Below, one piece after another: positions 1 to 12,839 of a stretch of DNA of 64,000 nucleotides (within the stretch, counting starts at the first letter, position 1; each line of letters begins with the position of its first letter). Both the position numbers and the translations under genes were made by a program. The notes under the pieces are model-generated. The model was not told the DNA's origin and searched no databases. It saw only the letters and a list, made by a program, of their open reading frames with translations. Source of the DNA: Hypanus sabinus. Taxonomy: Eukaryota. Location of the stretch: positions 13,082,001 through 13,146,000 of the forward strand of contig NC_082712.1 of assembly GCF_030144855.1 (NCBI RefSeq), in the 5' to 3' direction.

Positions 1-3000
1 ACATTGACGTTGCGGTCATTACAGAGACTTGGATGCCTCAGGAATAGGAATGGCTGCTGATTATGCCTGGCTTCAGAGGTTTCAAAAAGAACAGAGAGGG
101 AGGCAAAAGAGCTGGGGGCATGACATCGCTAATTAGGGATAGTGTCATGGCTGCAGAAAAGGAGGAAGTCATGGAGGGATGGTCTACTGAGTTAGTGTGG
201 GTGGAGGTCACAAACAGAAAGGGGTAATAACTCTACTGGGTGTTTTTACAGACCCTGCAATAGTAATGTGGATACCGAGGAGTAGATAGGGAGACAGATT
301 ATTCTAATAATAGGGTTGTTGTGATTGGTGATTTTAACTGTCCTACTATTGACTGGAATCTCCCTAGAGAGAGGGGTTTAATGGGGTGGAGTTTGTTAGG
401 TGTGTTCAGGAAGGCTTTCTGACACAATATGTAGATAAGCCAACAAGAGGAGAGGCTGTACTCGATCTGGTATTGGGAAATGAACCTGGTCATGTGTCAG
501 ATCTCTCTGTGGGAGAACATTTTGGAGGTAATGAGCACAACTCTGTCTTCTTCACCATAGCTCTGGAGAGGGATAGGAGCGGACAATTTGGGAAAACACG
601 TAATTGGGGTCGGGGGAAATATGATGCTGTTAGGCAGTGTGATGAACCCCTAGGTCTATCTTGCTGTGGACTGTCATTTTAAGAGAGAATGCCTGAGTGA
701 CGTCAGCCACCAGCTTTCTCAGCTCCTGTTTGATTCTCACTAAGAGAGAGAGAGGGGCAGAACTGTTCACCTCTGCAGCTTGTTTTGATTTAAGCAAGGA
801 CACTCACTCACACACAGTCAGTCGCAGTTGGAGTCGGACAAGGGAAGGAAGCCAGTGACTAAGGGGTCATGGTTGGAACTTCCGAGTGCCCACAAGGGTG
901 GGTTGAGCATTGACCCAGCACGTTGATAAGTGGCTATCACGTTGTGTGAATGGGGGCAATCTTGTGGAATCTACCTATGTGTTAACCCTTGCCTGGGTGG
1001 TAGTTCCATTTGTAGTTCCCTTATCCTTGTGATAAGCTACTATTGGTGATAATCTGTAAAAGGATTTGAAAAACAACGGATAAATCCTATGGCAATTGTT
1101 ATCTTGTTTTACCACCATGGAACTTGTGGAATACGACATAAATGCCCTCTCTCGACATTCACCTTGGATTACAAATCTCTCTCTCACATCATTTAATCTG
1201 AGGATGAACTGAACTTTCATACCTCACCATCTCACGATTTTAAGCCTGGAGCCCCCCCGCCCCCCGAGCTCAGTAGTTTGGGAGTTATATTTACACATAT
1301 GGATACTCATAACACTGTTAACTTTTGATTATTCTTGTTTACACTGCTATGTTAAGTAGATACTAATAAAGATAGTGGTTTCAACATCAAATCCAGACTA
1401 CAGGCGTGGTCTATTGCTGCTGGCTCATTTAAACCATTATGGGTACGTAACAAACAGGAACTTAGGAGAATAAATTGGGAGATGTTCTCAATGAAATGCA
1501 CGGCCAAAATGTGTCAAATATTCAGGGAAGATTTGCATGGAGTTCTGCATAGGTATGTTCCATTGAGGCAAGGAAAGGTTGGTAGGGTTAATGAACCATG
1601 GTGTACAAAGGATGTAGAAAATCTAGTTAAGCAGAAAAGAAAAGCGTACAAAAGGTTCAAGAAACTAGGTACTGTTAGAGCTCTAGAAAATTCCAAGGTT
1701 GCTAAGAAGGAGCTTAAGAATGGAATTAGGAGAGCCAGAAGGGGCCATGAGAAGGTCTTGGTGAGCAGGATTAAGGAAAACCCTAAACATTCTACAAGTA
1801 TGTGAAGAGCACGAGGGTGACCCGTGTGAGAATAGGACCCATTAGGTGCGATGGTGGAAACGTGTGCATGGAGAGAGAATGTGCCAGACCTTTCGAAAAG
1901 CATAAAGTTAGATAGTTCACTGGGACTGGATGAGATATAGCCCAGGGTACTGTGGGAAGTGAGGGAGGAGATTGCTGAGCCTCTTGCAATGATCGTTGCA
2001 TCATCGATAGGAATGGGGGAAGTACCAGAGTATTGGAAGTTTACAAATGTTGTTCCCTTGATCAAGAAAGGGAGTAGAGATAACCCAGGAAAGTATGGAC
2101 CAGAGAGTCTGACTTCAGTGGTGGGCAATTTCCTGGACAATATCCTGAAAGGCAGGATTTATGAGTATTTGGAGAGACATCATCTGATTAGGGATAATCA
2201 GCATGGCTTTGTCAAGGGCAGGTCGTGCCTTACGAGCCTGATTGAAGTCCCTGAGGATGTAACAAAACACATGGATGAAGGTAAATCAGCTGATGTAGTG
2301 AATATGGATTTCATTTGGGCATTCCATAAGGTTTCCCATGCAAGGCTCCTTCGGAAAGTCAGGAGGCATGGGATCCAAGGAGACCTTGATTTGTGGATCC
2401 AGAATTGGCTTGACCACAGAAGACAAAGGGTGACGTAGATGGTCCATGTTCTGCATGGAGGTCGGTGGACTGTGGAGTTTCGCCAGGATCTGTACTGGTT
2501 TCCGTCCTCGTTGTAATTTTTAAGTGACCTGGATGAAGAAGTAGAAGGATGGGTTAGAAAGTTTGCTGATGACACAAAGATTGGAGGTGTTTTGGATAGT
2601 GTGGAGGGCTGTCAGAGGCTACAGTGGGAAATTGATAGGATGCAGAACTGGGCTGAGAAGTGGCATATGGACTTCAACCTGGATAAGTGTGAAGTGGTTC
2701 ATTTTGCTAGGTCAAATATGATGGCAGAATATAGTATTAATGGTAAGTCTTGGCAGTGTGGAGGATCAAAGAGATCATTGGGTCTGTGTTCATAGGACAC
2801 TCAAAGCTGCTGCACAGGTTGACAGTGTTGTTAAGAAGGTATATGGTGTGTTGGCATTTATCAGTTGTCGGATTGAGTTCAAGAGCCAAGAGGTAATGTT
2901 ACAGCGATATAAGACCCTGGTCAGACCCTACTTGGAGTACTGTGCTTAGTTCTGGTCACTTCACTACAGGAAGAATGTGGATACTATAGAGAGTGCGAAG

Positions 3001-3470
3001 AGGAGATTTACGAGGATGTTGCCTGGATTGGGGAGCATACCTTATGAGAATAGGTTGAGTGATCTTGGCCTTTTCTCCTTGGAGTGACGGAGGATGAGAG
3101 GTGACCTGATAGGGGTGTATAAGATGACGAGGGGCATTGATCATGTTGATACCCAGAGGCTTTTTCCCAGGGCTGAAATGGCTAAAATGAGGGGGAATAG
3201 TTTGAAGGTGCTTGGAAATAGGTACCGAGGTGATGTCAGGAGTAAGTTTTTCACAAGTGAGTGCGTGGAATGCACTGTCAGTGGCGGTGATGAAAGTGTA
3301 TAATAGGGTCTTTTAAGAGCCCGCAAGAGTACGTGGAGCTTAGAAAAGTAGAGAACTATGCGCTAGGGAAATTCTAGGCCGTTTTTAGAGCAGGTTTCCA
3401 TGGTTGGTACAACATTATGCTACGAAGCACCTGCAATGTTCTGTAAATTTCTATATTCTGTGTTCTAAGA
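1..3470 (+). mobile_element. Decayed CR1 LINE ORF2 (endonuclease to RT and 3' end), interrupted by a solo LTR at 638-1452
   Basis: ORF fragments carry CR1 motifs: 'LTQYVDKPTRGEAVLDLVLGNEPG', 'QHGFVKGRSCLTSLIE', 'YKTLVRPYLEYC', 'RGDLIGVYK'. Many stops and frameshifts. End coordinate approximate. Confidence 0.9.
638..1452 (+). mobile_element. Solo LTR (Gypsy/ERV-type) inserted in CR1
   Basis: Starts TGTGATG and ends GTAACA, with an AATAAA near the 3' end. The CR1 sequence resumes on both sides (ttaggcag | gaacttagg). Imperfect target duplication GGCAG/AACAG. Confidence 0.75.
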
Positions 3471-3989
3471 CAATATACAAAGGTGGGGGGGAGGGGATGG
3501 AGTACAAGATGGTGGTGAGAGAAGAGACCAGGTGAGAGAGAGGGTGTCTGGGTAGGGCAGTGGAATGAAGTAAGAAGCTAGGAGGTGATAGGTGGAAAAG
3601 GTAAAGTGCTGAAGAAGAAGGGATCTGATAGGATAGGAGAGTAGACCATGGGAGGAAAGGATGGAGAAGGGGAATCAGAGGGAGGTGATAGGCAGGTAAG
3701 GAGAAAAGGAGGGCATATCAGAGAGAAGGGAGAAGGGAGGAGAAATTACCACTACTTGGAGAAATCGATGCTGATGCTTTCAGGATGGAGCCCCCCCCCC
3801 CCCCCCCCGATGGAATCTGAGATGTTCTTCCACCAAATGACTATAGGAAAGATGTTCTCCAAATCCACTCTACCCAGGCCTATCAATACTCAAACCGACT
3901 ACAGGAACAATCCTCTCCACATCCACTCTATCTAGGCCTATAAATATTCAGGTTACCTATCAGGTTGCAAAGAGATCCCCCCTCAATGA

Positions 3990-4615
3990 CTATAACCTCT
4001 TGATTCTTATTCTCGGTGTCCTTTCCCCTTCTCCACCCAGGCTAAAGTCATGAAGTTTTGTTACAGCCTTATAAAACTCTAGCTAGGCCACATCTGGAGT
4101 ATTGTGTACAGTTCTGGTCACCCCACTGTAGGAGGTATGTTGAGGCTTTGGAGAGGGTACAGACGAGGTTCACCAGGATGATGCCTGGATTAGAGGGCAT
4201 GTGCTATATGTTTTCTCTGGAGCGACGGAGTCTGAGGGGAGATTTGATAGAGTTTGTAAGATTATGAGAGGCACAGAGAGAGCAGACAGAGAGTATCTTC
4301 CTCCCAGGGTTGAAATGTCTAACACCAAAGGCCTGCGTTGAAGGTGAAAGGGGTTTAGAGGGGATGTGAGGGGTAAATGTTTTACACAGACAGTGCCGGG
4401 TGACTGGAATGCTCTGCCTGGGGAGGTGTTACAGGCAGATACATTAGTGGCTTTTAAGAGACATTTTGATCAGCACATGAACAGACATTGGACATTGAAA
4501 TGGACATTGTGTAGGCAGAGGGGTTAGTTTAGTAGGTCACTAATTTAATTGGTTTAGCACAACATTGTGGGCTGAAGGGCCTGTGCCTGTGCTCTACTGC
4601 TCTGTGTTGTATGTT
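3990..4615 (+). mobile_element. 5'-truncated CR1 LINE 3' fragment
   Basis: ORF 4058-4267 'YKTLARPHLEYCVQFWSPH...QTRFTRMMPGL' followed by a CR1-type 3' tail. Boundaries approximate. Confidence 0.8.
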
Positions 4616-5189
4616 CTCATGTTAAATACAGTAAATCTATGATCATCTGCTACTGAGAAATCCCGGTTGTTGCCTCCCTGGCTCACCAGGTGCCTGTGGT
4701 TCACGGAGCCATTCTGTTTCCCATTATCAGGTAATAAAAATGAACTTCTGACATCACGATCGACCACAACGTGAGTAACACACAAAATGCTGGAGGATCT
4801 CAGCAGCTCAGGCAGCTTCTATGGAGGGGAATAAACAGTCAATATTTTGGCCTGGGACCCTTCACCAGGACTGGAAAGGAAGGTGAAAGATGCCAGAATC
4901 TGGTGGTGAGGGGAGGGGGAATGGCTGGGTTGTTCTTACACAGGGCCAGTATGAACTCAATGGGCTGAATGTCCTCCTGAATGCTACAACTGTTCCGTCA
5001 CTCCGAGCTAATTCCAAGAGCTCTCCTCTCCGTAACCGGTGCCCCCGATTCTCCAAACACTTCCCCACCTGAAAATGAAGTGGCAGGATTGTAAAAGCCA
5101 TCGGCCCCGGGGAACAGACGAGAATGACAAACCCCCGAAACCCTGACTCGACCCCAGCCTGTAACGCTCTATATTTCAATAAGAGTCTG

Positions 5190-5760
5190 AGGTGAACTGG
5201 TTTGTCACCAGAGACACTGGCAAATTTCTACAGAGATACCTGGGGAGCGTTCTAACTGGCTGCATCACCGTCTGGTCTGGTGGGGCCACTGCTCAGGATC
5301 AGAAAGACCAGCAGAAAGTTATAAACTCAATCAGCTCCATCGTGAGCACTGGTGTCCCCAGCACCCAGGACACCTTCAAAATGCAACGCCTCAAAAAGGT
5401 GGCATCCATCATTACGGACCCAGCACCCAGGACATGCCCTCTTCTTGTTGCCACCATCAGGGAGGAGGAACAGGAGCCTGAAGACACACACTTACCAATT
5501 CAGGAACAGCTTCTTCCCCTCCACCATCAGATTTCTGAATGGTCAATGAATCCATGAGCTCTTCCTCAGAATTTTTCCACTCTTTTTGCCCAACTTGTTT
5601 ATTTCCTTTCCTTAGTTTATATGCACTGACTGCAATTTATAGGTTTTATTATTATACATTGCCTTGAACTGCTGCCGCAAAACAACAAATTTCATGACAT
5701 ACGCCAGTGATGCAATCTCGTTGTCTATTCTATTGTTTCTATATTAAATCTGATTCTGAT
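5190..5760 (+). mobile_element. Rex1/Babar-like (L2-type) LINE 3' fragment
   Basis: 'SVLTGCITVWSG' and 'PSGRRNRSLKTHTYQFRNSFFPSTIRFLN' are typical RT C-terminal motifs; ends in an (ATTCTG)n tail. Confidence 0.7.
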
Positions 5761-6329
5761 TCTGACGTAACCCCCACTCCGGTCTCTACAGCACCAACCG
5801 CAGCGTGTAGCCCACTCCTGAGTATCCATTATTGCACATGTAAACCCCCCAGCCTGGACCCTCCTATGGATCACAGCCTGTTCCCAGTCCTGGATATCCA
5901 TTACTGATCATTTAGTTGTCAGGCCCTGCTGGTGTATCTGGAAGATCGCTGAAATCCTGTGTCAATCAACTGTTGGGAAAGATGAAGGATGTCTTCAATC
6001 CTTCACTGCTGCAGTCAGAAGCCCCACCTGCTTCAAAAGGGTAACATCAGACCGGTCGATGCCCAGGCAGAGCAGGGTGAGCTGCCTTAACGACCATCAC
6101 CCAGTGGCACTCACATCTACTGCCATGAAATGCCTTGAGAGGTTGGTCTTGGCTGGAATCCACTCCTGCCTCAGGAAGAGCCTGGGCCCATGGCAATTTG
6201 CCCGTCACCACAACAGGTCTACAGTAGATGCAATCTCACTGGCTTCTCACGTGGCCTTGGCTCACCCGGACAACAGCAAAACCTTTGCACTGCTTATCAA
6301 ATTGAACTTTTATATATATTTATTGTAAA

Positions 6330-6900
6330 GTTGGAGGTGAAGTTAATGAAGTCGACGAGCTCAGCATGTGTGCAGGAAGCAGCGCCGATGCAGTCGTCGA
6401 TATAACGTAAGAAAAGAGGAGAACAGATACCGGTGTAGGCTTGGAACATAGATTGCTCCACATGGCTGACAAAAAGGCAGGCATAGCTAGGACCCATGCG
6501 GGTGCCCATGGCTACACCTTTAGTTTGGAGGAAGTGGGAGGAGCCAAGGAGAAATTGTTAAGCGTGACGACTAATTCCGCAAGGCGGAGAAGAGTGGTGG
6601 TAGAGGGTGACTGACTGGGTCTGGAATCCAGGAAGAAACGGAGAGCTCGGAGACCTTCCTGGTGGGGGATAGAGGTATATAGGGACTGGACGTCCATGTT
6701 GAAAATGAGGTGGTGGGGGCCAGGAAACTTGAAATCTTTGAAGAGATGTAAAGCATGGGAAGAATCACGGACATAGGTGGGAAGGGTTTGAACAAGGGGA
6801 GATAAAACAGAGTCGAGATAGGCAGAAATGAGTTCAGTGGGGCAGGAGCAAGCAGAGACAATGGGTCTGCCTGGACAGGCAGGTTTGTGAATCTCCATGT
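6330..6900 (-). mobile_element. Penelope-like element RT fragment
   Basis: Minus-strand ORFs 'PGRPIVSACSCPTELIS...MDVQSLYTSIPH' and 'MGTRMGPSYACLFV...RYIDD'. Confidence 0.85.
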
Positions 6901-7484
6901 CTGTTTCCCAGATTTTTCACCCACTTTCCCCACCTTCCCCACGCTTGACCCGGTTCCACCTGCCAGACGCATCTCCCCCAGTGGGTCCCATTCTCATCTC
7001 AGAGTATCAGGCTGGAGAGTGAGTCCTTGGTGGTCCTCCCTCAAACAACTGATTACAATCACCTCTCTCCATCTGAATCTCCTTTCCTTCCTTCTTCTCC
7101 ATCTTTCACCACTTACCACATCTCCCATCTCCCTTCCCCCTCCCTACCCAGCACAACCTGCCCTTAACCTCACACCCCACCTCAATCACCTCAGACCCGT
7201 CTCACCCCACCTCAATCCTCAATCACCTGATACTCCTGTCCCACCCTCCTCAATCTATCAATCACCTCAGTATCCTGTCCCACCCCTCCTCTATCACCTC
7301 TGACTCCTCTCTCACCCCTCCTCTGTCCATCAATCACCTCAGATTCCAGTTTCACTTCCCCTTTCCCTCTGGCCATTCGACATTCCTCTAACAGTCCCGA
7401 TGCAAACCAAGACTTCAACGTCTTTTCACACCCACAGATGCAGCTCGACCGGCTGAATTCCTTCAGCAGATTGTTGTTCAAATA

Positions 7485-7670
7485 TCGTCCTCTATCTCTC
7501 TCTCTCACTCAATTTCTCACTCACTCTCTCTATCACTGCCTCTCTCTCTCTTTCACTGTCTCTCTCTATCTCACTCTCTCTCATTCACTCTCTCACTCTC
7601 ACTCATTCACTATCTCTCTCTCTGACTCTCTCATTCACTCACTCACATACACTCTCACTATCTCTCTGTC
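7485..7670. repeat. Degenerate (CT/CACT)n microsatellite forming the polypyrimidine tract of the V1 acceptor
   Basis: Directly visible. It explains the low-complexity 'SLSL' N-terminal part of ORF 7438-8091. Confidence 0.9.
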
Positions 7671-7675
7671 CCCAG

Positions 7676-8059
7676 ACTATTCGATGAATGGTTGGTCAAT
7701 TTCCGGCGCTGATGTGGTCTCTGCGGTGGAAGGAGCCTCCGCCGTGTTACCGTGTACTTTCACCCACCTACCTCCTGGTGTCGCCCTGAACGGCTCCGTG
7801 ATCTGGAACAAGACCGAACCAGGTGCTACAAAACCGGTGTTTAAGTGCACATCTCCCGGTTCTGGCCGCTCCGGGTGCGATACAACGACACAGGAGGCTG
7901 GAGGAGGGCGGTTCCGATTCGTGGGGAACCTCAGTCGGAGAGATGCCTCGATAATGGTGGAGCGTCTGAGCCGGAGTGACGGTGGTCGGTATCGGTGCCG
8001 GGTGGAGCTCAATGTTAACAGCTTTCAAACGGTGGTTCTAACAAATCTGTCTGTGAGAG
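7676..8059 (+). CDS. SIGLEC15: Exon V1: Siglec-15-like N-terminal V-set Ig domain (128 codons, phase 1-1); orthology unproven
   Basis: Acceptor cccag|ACTAT and donor AGAG|gtgagg. The translation 'WSIS..VEGASAVLPCTFTH..IWNKTEPGATKPVFKC..SGC..GGRFRFVGNLSRRDASIMVERLSRSDGGRYRCRVEL' follows recalled human SIGLEC15 ('LPCTFTH..WRAGEP..VFRC..LC..GRFRLLGN..DLSLRVERL..D.RRYFCRVEF'), keeping four Cys and the essential Arg. Confidence 0.85.
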
Positions 8060-8772
8060 GTGAGGACCGATGTTTAAGCATTGAGTTGTAAAACTACACT
8101 AATCATTTCACATTTTATCTCACTGAAAACTCATTTTATTCATAATGTACAAGTATATTTTGCAGGATGATCATGTCAAATAGATGTGATGGTCATGTGC
8201 ACTAGCACATAGAACAACAGCACCGTACAGGCCCTTCAGCCCACAATGTTGTGCTGACCCTTAAACCTGCTCCAAGATCAATTTCTCCCCCTTGCCTCCC
8301 ACATGCCCTCCATTTTTACATCATCCGTGTCTCTAAGAGTCTCTCTCCCTCTCCCCTCCCTCTCCCCCCCCCTCCCACTCTCCGCCCTCCCCCTCTTCCC
8401 CTCCCCCTCCCTCTCCCCTCTCTCTCCCTCCCCCCTGTACGTGACGCTGCCCACTCCATCTCTGGCAGCATTCAGGGCTTCCTTCATCGTGTCAGTAGCT
8501 TCCTCTCGGTTTTCACTGCTGTCAGTCATACAATTCCCGAGTGGGACTCAGGAATACCGTCACACTCAGATGTCGAAGGATTCTCCATTGCTGTTTCCAT
8601 AACAACATTGTTTTACCCGTCAGGGTTGTTACCCTGAGCTGAACCCCCGAACCTGGAGGATCAGTGATCCTCTCTTACAGAGAATATAGAAACAGAAATC
8701 TACAGCACATTCCAGGCCATTCGGCCCACAATGCTGTACTGACCATGTAACCTACTCTAGAGAGATTACCTC

Positions 8773-11700
8773 TTTCTTTTTCAATCTTTTTATTAGTTTT
8801 TATAAAAAAACATAATATTATATTAAATAGGTTATGAATACAATAGATTTGAAATTAAATTAGTAACAAGATAAAAATATCTTATTAAACTATCAGCGAA
8901 AAAAGATCGTACAATAATCAATCTAATCTACATTGATTATACATGAAAAAGATTAAAAATAATCATCAAAAGAAAAAAAAGTATAAAATACAAGAAAAAA
9001 TGTATATTTAAGAAAATAATGAAAAAAAACTAAACTAACATGGGCAGTAATAATAGTTTATATGTATATGATAGTGTCAAAAAACTCCGGAACTCCATAC
9101 CAGAACAAGAATAATAAGAATAAAGGTCCGGAAGAAGCCAAATTAATTCATATGAAAGTGTCGAATGAATGGTCCCCAAGTTTCTTCAAATTTAATTGAT
9201 GAATCAAAAATAGTACTTCTAATTTTCTCTAAACTTAAACAAGAAATAGTTTGAGAGAACCACTGAAATGTGGTAGGAGGATTTATTTCTTTCCAATTTT
9301 GTAATATAGATCTCCTGGCCATTAATGTTACAAAGGCAATCATTCGTCTAATTGAAGGGGAGAATCGACTATCATCTTCATTTGGTATACCAAAAATTGC
9401 AGTGATAAGATGAGGTTGTAAATCAATATTCCAAATTGAGGAAATGGTAGCAAATATGTCCTTCCAATAATTATGTAAAGTAGGACATGACCAAAACATG
9501 TGGGTCAATGAAGCCACATCTAAATGACATCTGTCACATTGAGGGTTAACATGAGAATAAAACCGAGCAAGCTTATCTTTAGACATATGAGCTCTATGTA
9601 CAACCTTAAATTGTATTAAAGCATGTTTAGCACATACAGAAGAAGAATTAACCATTTGTAAAATTTTTTCCCATTTTTCCGTTGAAATATTGTATTGAAG
9701 TTCTTTTTCCCATTCCTGTTTAATTCTACCCGATACCTCTGGTTGTATTTTCATAATCATATTATAAATAAGAGCCACTAATCTCTTCTGACAGGGATTT
9801 AAAGTAAAAATCATATCTGAAAAATCTATCAAAGCTGAATTAGGAAAGGATGGTAAAACTGTATGCAAGAAGTTTCTAATTTGTAAATATCTAAAAAAAT
9901 TAGATTTAGGTAATTTAAATTTGTTAGAAAGTTGATCAAAAGACATCAAACTACCTTCAGAAAAAAGATCACGAAAACATATTATACCTTTCCTTTTCCA
10001 TATGCTAAAAGCTTGATCTATTAAAGAAGGTTTAAAGAAAAAATTAAGATAGGGCTATCAAGAACGAAGTTTTTTAGAGTAAAAAATTTACGAAATTGAA
10101 ACCAAATTCGTATGTATGTTTGACAATAGGGTTAGATATCTGTTTATTAAGTTTAACTAAATCAACAGGGAGAGAAGAACCAAGAACAGAAAATAGAGAA
10201 TATCCTTGTGTATCATTACATTCTAAATTTACCCACTGTGGGCACAATGGTAAATCTAAATCTAATTTCCAGTATAATAAATTCCGAATATTATTCGCCC
10301 AATAGTAAAATCTAAAATTGGGTAAAGCTAAACCACCATCTTTTTTAGATTTCTGTAACTGTCTTTTACTTAATCTGGGGTTTTTATTTTGCCACACAAA
10401 TGAGGAAATTTTTGAATCAATGCTATCAAAAAAAGACTTAGGAATAAAAATTGGTAAGGCTTGAAATAAATATAAAAATTTCGGTAAAATCATCATTTTA
10501 ACAGCATTGATCCGACCAAACAATGATAAGGATAAAGGAGACCATCTAGTAGTAAGTTGTTGAATTTGATGAAGCATAGGTAAAAAATTCAATCTGAATA
10601 AATCTTTATATTTCTTGGTAATTTTTATACCTAAATAAATAAAATTGTCAGTAACAATTTTAAATGGTATCCTGTCATTCAGTAAAGTTTGTGCATTTAA
10701 AGGGAAGAGTTCACTCTTATCCAAATTTAATTTGTAACCAGAAAAACTACCAAATTGAACCAACAAGGATAGAATAGCGGGAATAGAATTATCAGGATCA
10801 GAAATATATAACAACAAGTCATCAGCATAGAGCGATAACTTGTATAATTTCTCATTACGGGTAATACCAAAAATATTAGGGGATTCACGAATAGCAATGG
10901 CTAAAGGTTCTAATGCAATATTAAATAATAAAGGACTTAAGGGACAACCTTGTCTCGTACCACGAGATAATTGAAAAAAAGAGGATCTATAATTATTCGT
11001 AAGGACAGAAGCAACAGGTTTATAATATATTAATTTAATCCATGATATAAAATTAGAACTAAAGTTAAAATGTTTCAAGGCATTAAATAAGTATATCCAT
11101 TCAACTCTATCAAAAGCTTTTTCAGCATCTAATGAAATAACACATTCTGGGGTTGTGGGTGAGGAAGTGTAAATTATATTGATCAATTTTCTAACATTAA
11201 AAAAGGAGTATCGGTTCCTAATGAAACCAGTTTGATCTCCTGAAATAATCTGTGATAGTACCTTTTCTAACCTAACAGCTAAAATTTTTGTAAGAATCTT
11301 AGAGTCTACATTTAGTAACGATATAGGGCGATAAGATGCACATAAAGTAGGATCTTTATCTTTTTTAAGAATTAAAGAAATAGTAGCTTCATAAAAAGAC
11401 TGGGGTAGTCTCTTCTTAATAAATGCATCATTAAAGATTTCACATAACCAAGGGGAAAGCAAAGAAGAAAAAGTTTTAAAAAATTCTATAATATAACCAT
11501 CGGGGCCAGGAGCTTTCCCTGAATTCATCGATGAAATAGCTTCTCCTACCTCCGCCATAGAAATAGGAGCATCAAATAAACTTCGATCTTCATCTGTCAG
11601 TTTGGGAATATTCAAATTGTTAAAAAAATTATCCATCATAGACATATCACCATCAAATTCTGATTGATATAAAGATTTATAAAAATCTTGGAAAGTATTA

Positions 11701-12104
11701 TTAATTTCTTTATGATCAGTAGTCAGATTACCGTCTTGTTTACAAATTTTAATAATTTGTCGCTTAGTCGAAATAGCTTTTAATTGATTAGCTAACAATT
11801 TACCAGTACGATCACTATGAATATAAAATTGAGCCCTGGTCTTAATTAATTGATTCTCAATTGAAGAAGATAACAGTAAGCTATGTTCCATTTGCAGCTC
11901 AACTCTCTTCTTATAAAGTTCCTTGGTAGGAGTAACGGAATAAATCTTATCAATTTCTTTAATTTTATCCACCAATAAAGCTATATCTAAATATCTTTGT
12001 TTTCTTTTCCCAGCAGAATATGAGATAATTTGTCCATGAATAAAAGCCTTAAAAGAGTCCCAAAGTATTCCTCTGTCAATCTCTTCGGTATAGTTTGTTG
12101 AAAA
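8773..12104 (-). mobile_element. 5'-truncated L1-clade LINE (ORF2 RT) inside the V1-V2 intron, with a 14-bp target-site duplication
   Basis: ORFs 10074-11975 (633 aa; 'SLDAEKAFDRVEW', 'RQGCPLSPLLF', 'LYADD') and 9143-9949. AGAGAGATTACCTC occurs at 8759-8772 and 12105-12118. A-rich 3' end. Confidence 0.93.
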
Positions 12105-12839
12105 AGAGAGATTACCTCAGGGCTCTTGAACTCAATCCCACAGCTGATGAATGCCAGTACACCAGACACCTTCTTAACACCACTGTCAACCTGTGCAGCA
12201 GCTTTGAGTGTCCTATGGACAGAGTCCCCAAGATCCAGCTCATCCTCCACACTGCCACCAGTCTTACCATTCATATATTCTGTATTCAAATTTGACCTAC
12301 CAGCATGAATCACTTCACACTTAACTGGGTTGAACTCCATCTGTTCTACACACCCTCCACTCTGTGTGTAATGAACCTGCCTCTGACCTCTGACATCCCC
12401 CCAATACTTTCCAGGAAAAGTCTCTGGCTGTCTGCTCGATTATGCCTCTTATCATCTTGTTCACCTCTATCAAGTCACCTCTCATCTTTCTTCACTCCCA
12501 AGAGAAAGTCTCCAGCTCGCTCAACCTTTCCTCATTAAACATCCTCTCTGGTCCAGGCAGCATCCTGGTAGATCTCCTCTACATCCTCACGAAAGCTTCC
12601 TCATCCTTCCTGTAATGAGGTGAGTGGAACTGAACTTACTTGCTGCTGCAGGGACGATTTTCATTGCACGTCTGCCTACGTGTCTGCACAGGTGCAGTGA
12701 AAACCCAGTTGCCGCAGCAACACAGGCACAGAGCGTTGCATCAGAAAAGCAGCAATCAAGGTCAAGTTTATTGCCATCTGACTGTACACAGATACAGAAC
12801 GTCAAGGTGTCTTGTACATCAGTCAATGAAAGTAAGCAT

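Noticed and set aside
7438-7675. N-terminal Ser/Leu/His-rich part of ORF 7438-8091 as a signal peptide
   Set aside because: It is the translation of a CT microsatellite upstream of a clear splice acceptor.
8251-8637. Pro-rich and Glu/Gly/Arg-rich ORFs on both strands
   Set aside because: They are products of the CT/CCT low-complexity tract at 8341-8435.
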